IMG/VR virus record: IMGVR_UViG_3300042466_001057
Location: 51,896 to 71,895 of that record
Strand: one strand, 5' to 3'
DNA length: 20,000 nt
DNA from: an uncultured virus (IMG/VR IMGVR_UViG_3300042466_001057)
Lineage: Duplodnaviria; Heunggongvirae; Uroviricota; Caudoviricetes
The notes under the pieces were generated by a model that ran no database searches, was not told the origin of the DNA, and saw only the letters and a program-made list of their open reading frames with translations. Shown here piece after piece: positions 18,001 to 20,000 of the stretch. The translations under genes were made by a program, and so were the position numbers. The first letter of the stretch is position 1. Each line of letters begins with the position of its first letter.

Positions 18001-19415
18001 AATTCTTTGCGATGCCAGCGTATATAAATTTTTATGGAATCCAAAAACAAATAGGTGAAAATGTACCAAAACAAGATATTACGATTGGAAATGATTTATT
18101 TGGTACACACCTTAATGTTGATTATTTAGAGTCGTCCGCTAAATTTCTTTGTCTTTATATTGGTAACCCATCTGAATGGCCAAAATCTGATAAAAATACA
18201 AGCGTTAAATATGGTGACGATGGTTTTGATTTAAGAATAACGGACAACCCTTTAAGGGTATCTGACCCAAATTTAGATATATCAAAAAGTAATAAAGTTG
18301 TTGGGTTTGCGGTTGATTTTGGTATACAAAACCAAAACATGTTTAAAGATTTAGACATTGATATGTCAGAGAAAACCAACACCGCCGAAACGTTTAAAAT
18401 AAATGCTGATTTAGGTAATTCGGTTTCTGGAGATAAAGTGGCTCTACAATCGGATTCCATGTACAGTATCTATAAGTCAAGATCATATACTTGCGGCATT
18501 ACCTCATTAGGTAACGTTATGATACAACCTACAATGTATTTTGCATTAAGACACGTACCACTTTTCTATGGTCCTTATTTAATTATGGAAGTTACACACT
18601 CTGTTAGTGAGACGGATTTTACAACTAAATTTAAAGGTACTAGACAGAGGACATACTCGCTACCAAAAATTGATAGTTTAGTTGCGTCGGTTAATAAAAA
18701 CGTACTTAAAAATTTTAAAGCAACACAACAAAAAACAACGGCAATACCTGAAACTGATAAGGAAAAAGATTTAGAAATTGATCCTAAACCGACGTTACAG
18801 GCAACTGAAATCGCATGTAGTGGATTAACAGCATTCCCATCATTAGGTTATGTTAACGTAAAACCAACACAAATATCTTATAATGATCTTGCGGATTTAG
18901 TTAAATCCAAAACTACTTCTAAACTATTACGAGCAATAGTTTATGGTATTGCTCAATCTAGTCCTAATAATATAAAGACTAATGAAATAATACAAACAAA
19001 TAATACTAATTTGTATTTCATTACAACGGTAAAAAGATATAAAGGGTCTATGGATAGTAAAATAAAAAATCAAACATGTATTAGATTAAACGGAAACCCA
19101 TTCCCAATTGCTGACTTTTCCACCTTTAGTGAGAGTACTGATTTTGTTTTATCGTATTTTAAAACATTAGAACCCATAATAACGGAATTAAATAAAATAA
19201 ATGTTAATACCAACATTAACCAAAGTTTTGGAGAATCTATAACTCAATTAGTATATACAACGTGGAATACCGATAAAGCGTTTACAGGGGATAACGGAAA
19301 TCCATTAACTGCTCAACAAATTAAAGACGTTTCTTTGGCGGATAAAGCTAGTGGTGATTTTCCTTATTATGATGATTATGTTAAAATATTTAAAGAATCA
19401 TATGAAAAACTTTAG
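12081..19415 (+). CDS. Giant baseplate hub-like protein (gp27/gpD/VgrG-like termini), 2444 aa
   Basis: N-terminal LGIKTINVTV...PKVTIEMVDVQG...FYLTLKGYYG and C-terminal YTCGITSLGNVMIQPTMYF...GPYLIMEVTHSVSETDFTTKFKGTR resemble hub beta-barrel ends. Follows the LysM gene with an 11-nt overlap. Confidence 0.65.
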   Translation: MAGKQTKNVFIETQYDNIVLIDPNKLSDTEGKGVSRLVDHEDLVYYANLETFIIPRTKLAIGESFDNSVVNTTIASLTSDTDLKINFLQPKGKKAFDTSWSDQFTGKESRQGQSSNQKFENNTTRNGRPTYVNRVEKFEDTQILGIKTINVTVAAMGVPKVTIEMVDVQGKMLFEQGENSMYSVFFTFPYPIFYLTLKGYYGKAIRYRLSLVSFNSKYDSGSGNFNITLELIGKFTALLFDTPLSYGRTAPKMFPAQVTVRNNTQSTDTTIVETTRGQIILDEVYDTYKRKKLIPEDFPPYTIDTFITAVSSYETKLLASIKEGDFAVLNDVQRFREILTDLKVTVYTNAKKNYLDGGAFYVYENKKYYPFRKSISLADREKYKALTEERITYFIEELRKNKTFGENGKYKKSDGNSLSTEINVWSKIRGKGSVIKVFPLQQWFESKNDINNTQYYRTGRKLDLTTTEGQNQLTKFINDERTIAPGKVLDLITNQLVDEPLDMYYFGDKRFDDGVYETNSFLDIVNDALKQLEVKETQIDDDLSKILADRVVNSKSGIGFKPTIRNIFAILFAGVDTFYRLMEETHQNAWDVRTNTQRLLSVIPPEKNFSTDGLNSIQKESGQLNNENIVYPWPLYFTKERKDNGSEQYTLQYPGDQKIINQTQGWNTQIWPEVYFVEEFIKASLTKETLTKTNIFNNPKSDTTLASPNALFFPFYTLPYENVDSVSVMYEILERAIINSEYNRFDYEEAEKQQIDLLFANIEGQNVVTSISSSLELQNLLREYKFNYNNFLEFLKKISNNGVGQSWINYTRNIFNNQYIIESLNEQKEIYSIETIKPTTSLTISTDDLYLSKNLKNYLESTKTSKSDVFDTFPFNNFNWMKSNLSNGASLNAKEDFYDTTKTFIYLADKKTIARLDQTETKTGIQPFTSKYSFGNSLQPYLSNVTNGIKIFDKQSLKQYFTDRKQKDLYFTESYVDYGNSYSGGVGTQIQTTSLLNTPYFINAILQGVDKETNEEEDAYVPLGYLYLNSLPLITTKERLKSFDTNNVATDLDYLAATIKKYSAIHQMPYAWVLKYGSIWHRYKKYTSSGVDILDSVWKDFDYKVNYDPTTSATTKQYVIPNYTGGQETIFLEKTETIPNVTGKTVDFINTGFYPNVINSVYKFITKKDLFSGYTQDAFFKTYTDNGFRIGKNNLSKTFFNFGFDPNNPNRSLLKTNYYQYLDSENNSDFKSKLYFIFPSMGGIPFDQSIYETTDSTNKLIKELSGNTSVYNGSVRTLWGAPHFGYFDHTLIKKPKPTEYLKTINTQSVEQNSFDLKNATSEYSYIDEILSIFNVDMLNKFEESFLSFCNYKPSADKLILKGEVQAPSYTQSNVIKDLKNRRLFSQMTQLFLIGKTSVTLTDENTDGLSLGQKQIVSFTESVKNFLSFDCIIKNANPGFFSMPLFSSFSSLKNFVPNNKLTFDPYVKGSLPGDGTTTTLSQSISQNKDAWESLRTYVGFSSIPGVDFQTQVQTQYPSTSLLTPTQTQTQQPIQAPIQNTSIMSGQTMQNLCTGDYFNVVDPDDVSDFGMYQDDKIVYLELTDQGGVNKNFCAKKVPNSASTITYNLLLDHGFSNDNLGGLSEGSYCLSYFSQNLNCPQNNQLNQISLKFVGESGTILPTEPTETYNQYINVEKPGGGYQVFKIEDSAFNYSGKVESIKFFKSNSDINNPANLLNTSCNSGIFYNFSNYCKINQSNSGNYQIVVTYYPDGPNNKTNKLYLTTQVSLGSQPQNSVPAVTNPQPAPQPASQSTQATQATPPQTQRSYITDFFIDMDIDFTSDNVKTLATLIKIYATKKQETPTYNKGQFNQTINDILNNQLSFKEKLLNKTFAFINKNTPKITVETQNQIDNSSISSDPTKLTTYNLLKGFNDKWVSGSDLKTRTLFEDFLFLDQTNSDIGDSFIVDVNQVKDRIEKNPKQNMMQIVSWILNDNYFQFFAMPAYINFYGIQKQIGENVPKQDITIGNDLFGTHLNVDYLESSAKFLCLYIGNPSEWPKSDKNTSVKYGDDGFDLRITDNPLRVSDPNLDISKSNKVVGFAVDFGIQNQNMFKDLDIDMSEKTNTAETFKINADLGNSVSGDKVALQSDSMYSIYKSRSYTCGITSLGNVMIQPTMYFALRHVPLFYGPYLIMEVTHSVSETDFTTKFKGTRQRTYSLPKIDSLVASVNKNVLKNFKATQQKTTAIPETDKEKDLEIDPKPTLQATEIACSGLTAFPSLGYVNVKPTQISYNDLADLVKSKTTSKLLRAIVYGIAQSSPNNIKTNEIIQTNNTNLYFITTVKRYKGSMDSKIKNQTCIRLNGNPFPIADFSTFSESTDFVLSYFKTLEPIITELNKINVNTNINQSFGESITQLVYTTWNTDKAFTGDNGNPLTAQQIKDVSLADKASGDFPYYDDYVKIFKESYEKL

Positions 19416-19434
19416 AAAATAAAAAAAACCATAA

Positions 19435-19442
19435 TATTTATA
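19435..19442 (+). promoter_or_regulatory. TATTTATA box
   Basis: 15 nt before ATG 19458. Confidence 0.6.
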
Positions 19443-19457
19443 TATAAAACTAAAAAT

Positions 19458-19682
19458 ATGAGTGTAAAAAAAATACTTGATGATTACTTGAGAAAAGACA
19501 CAAGAATCACAGAAAAACAAATTGATGCGGATCACAAACAAGTTTGTGATTTAGATACTGGGGATTGTTATACTATTAGAATGAAAGACGGTTTAATTGA
19601 AAGATTCGACAATACGTTACAAAAAAATAGAACATTGAGAGTAGAAACACCGGCAGGAGTTAAAACATTATTAAACGGATAA
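19458..19682 (+). CDS. Hypothetical protein, 74 aa
   Basis: ATG after the TATTTATA box and an A-rich leader; protein-like sequence containing C-x6-C (VCDLDTGDCY). Confidence 0.75.
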   Translation: MSVKKILDDYLRKDTRITEKQIDADHKQVCDLDTGDCYTIRMKDGLIERFDNTLQKNRTLRVETPAGVKTLLNG

Positions 19683-19693
19683 AAAAAATTGTA

Positions 19694-19999
19694 ATGGAAG
19701 TAGAAAGAAGAATATTGGAAGAATTAAAAAGATTTGACCAAATCACAAAATATGTTTTGAATGAACAAGATCCGGCAGCCGGAATTCCACCACCACCTGC
19801 AGATGCGGGAGCAGTACCACCACCTCCGGGTGGAGAAGATCCTGCGGCAGCGGCTGGTGATGTTGCGGGTGACGCAGCACCAACAGAAGTTCCTGAACCA
19901 ATTGATGTGGATAAAGATCCTGACGTTGAAGAAGTTGGTGGAGATGAAGATAAAGAAAAAGAAGGTGATGAAGACACTGAAGAAATTGATATAACGGAT
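19694..19999 (+). CDS. Pro/Ala/acidic low-complexity protein, 3'-truncated by the window (possible head core/scaffold-type protein)
   Basis: ATG at 19694, open to the window end: MEVERRILEELKRFDQITKYVLNEQDPAAGIPPPPADAGAVPPPPGGEDPAAAAGDVAGDAAPTEVPEPIDVDKDPDVEEVGGDEDKEKEGDEDTEEIDITD. Absent from the ORF track because there is no stop in the window. Confidence 0.8.
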   Translation, partial: MEVERRILEELKRFDQITKYVLNEQDPAAGIPPPPADAGAVPPPPGGEDPAAAAGDVAGDAAPTEVPEPIDVDKDPDVEEVGGDEDKEKEGDEDTEEIDITD

Positions 20000-20000
20000 T

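Noticed and set aside
19413..19460. The only TAG stop among the called genes is in frame with the downstream 74-aa ORF with no intervening stop, suggesting readthrough or TAG recoding (code 15)
   Set aside because: Thousands of codons in long ORFs contain no in-frame TAG, so recoding is unsupported. The spacer is low-complexity and holds its own TATTTATA box. An in-frame arrangement is likely by chance.
392..19994. Minus-strand and alternate-frame ORFs in the track (e.g. 392-838, 3834-4358, 5039-5254, 11118-11435, 16547-16741, 18155-18460, 19660-19977, 19761-19994)
   Set aside because: They overlap well-supported plus-strand genes and show shadow-ORF composition with no recognisable motifs.
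1..20000. Bacterial eCIS, tailocin or T6SS locus instead of a phage
   Set aside because: T4-like sheath/tube and gp26/gp51-like genes, repeated -10-only boxes and giant structural ORFs fit a large phage better. No Afp15-like ATPase or T6SS genes are seen. It cannot be fully excluded without capsid genes in view.

Overview
AT-rich, all plus-strand, densely coding window. It looks like the contractile-tail/baseplate module of a large T4-like or jumbo myophage; a Bacteroidota-type host is possible given the A-rich, Shine-Dalgarno-less starts. Gene order: tail sheath (5'-truncated), terminator, 45-aa peptide coupled to a HAD phosphatase, tail tube, terminator, gp26-like/tail-assembly chaperone, an overlapping +1-frame gp51-like ORF missing from the ORF track, tape-measure-like protein, 2051-aa baseplate protein, LysM/gpX-like protein, 2444-aa hub-like protein, 74-aa protein, and a Pro/acidic protein running off the end. 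Most notable: (1) a candidate +1/-2 programmed frameshift at TTT_TTT_CGT; (2) an OmpA-like domain inserted in a split tube-initiator-like fold; (3) a TATTTATA box (reverse complement of the T4 late promoter) just upstream of most genes; (4) a HAD enzyme between sheath and tube with a possible (I/L)xE head-processing leader; (5) a ~54-aa repeat array and a linker-flanked Cys-rich insert in the giant baseplate proteins. All family calls are from motif recognition by eye, not database searches.
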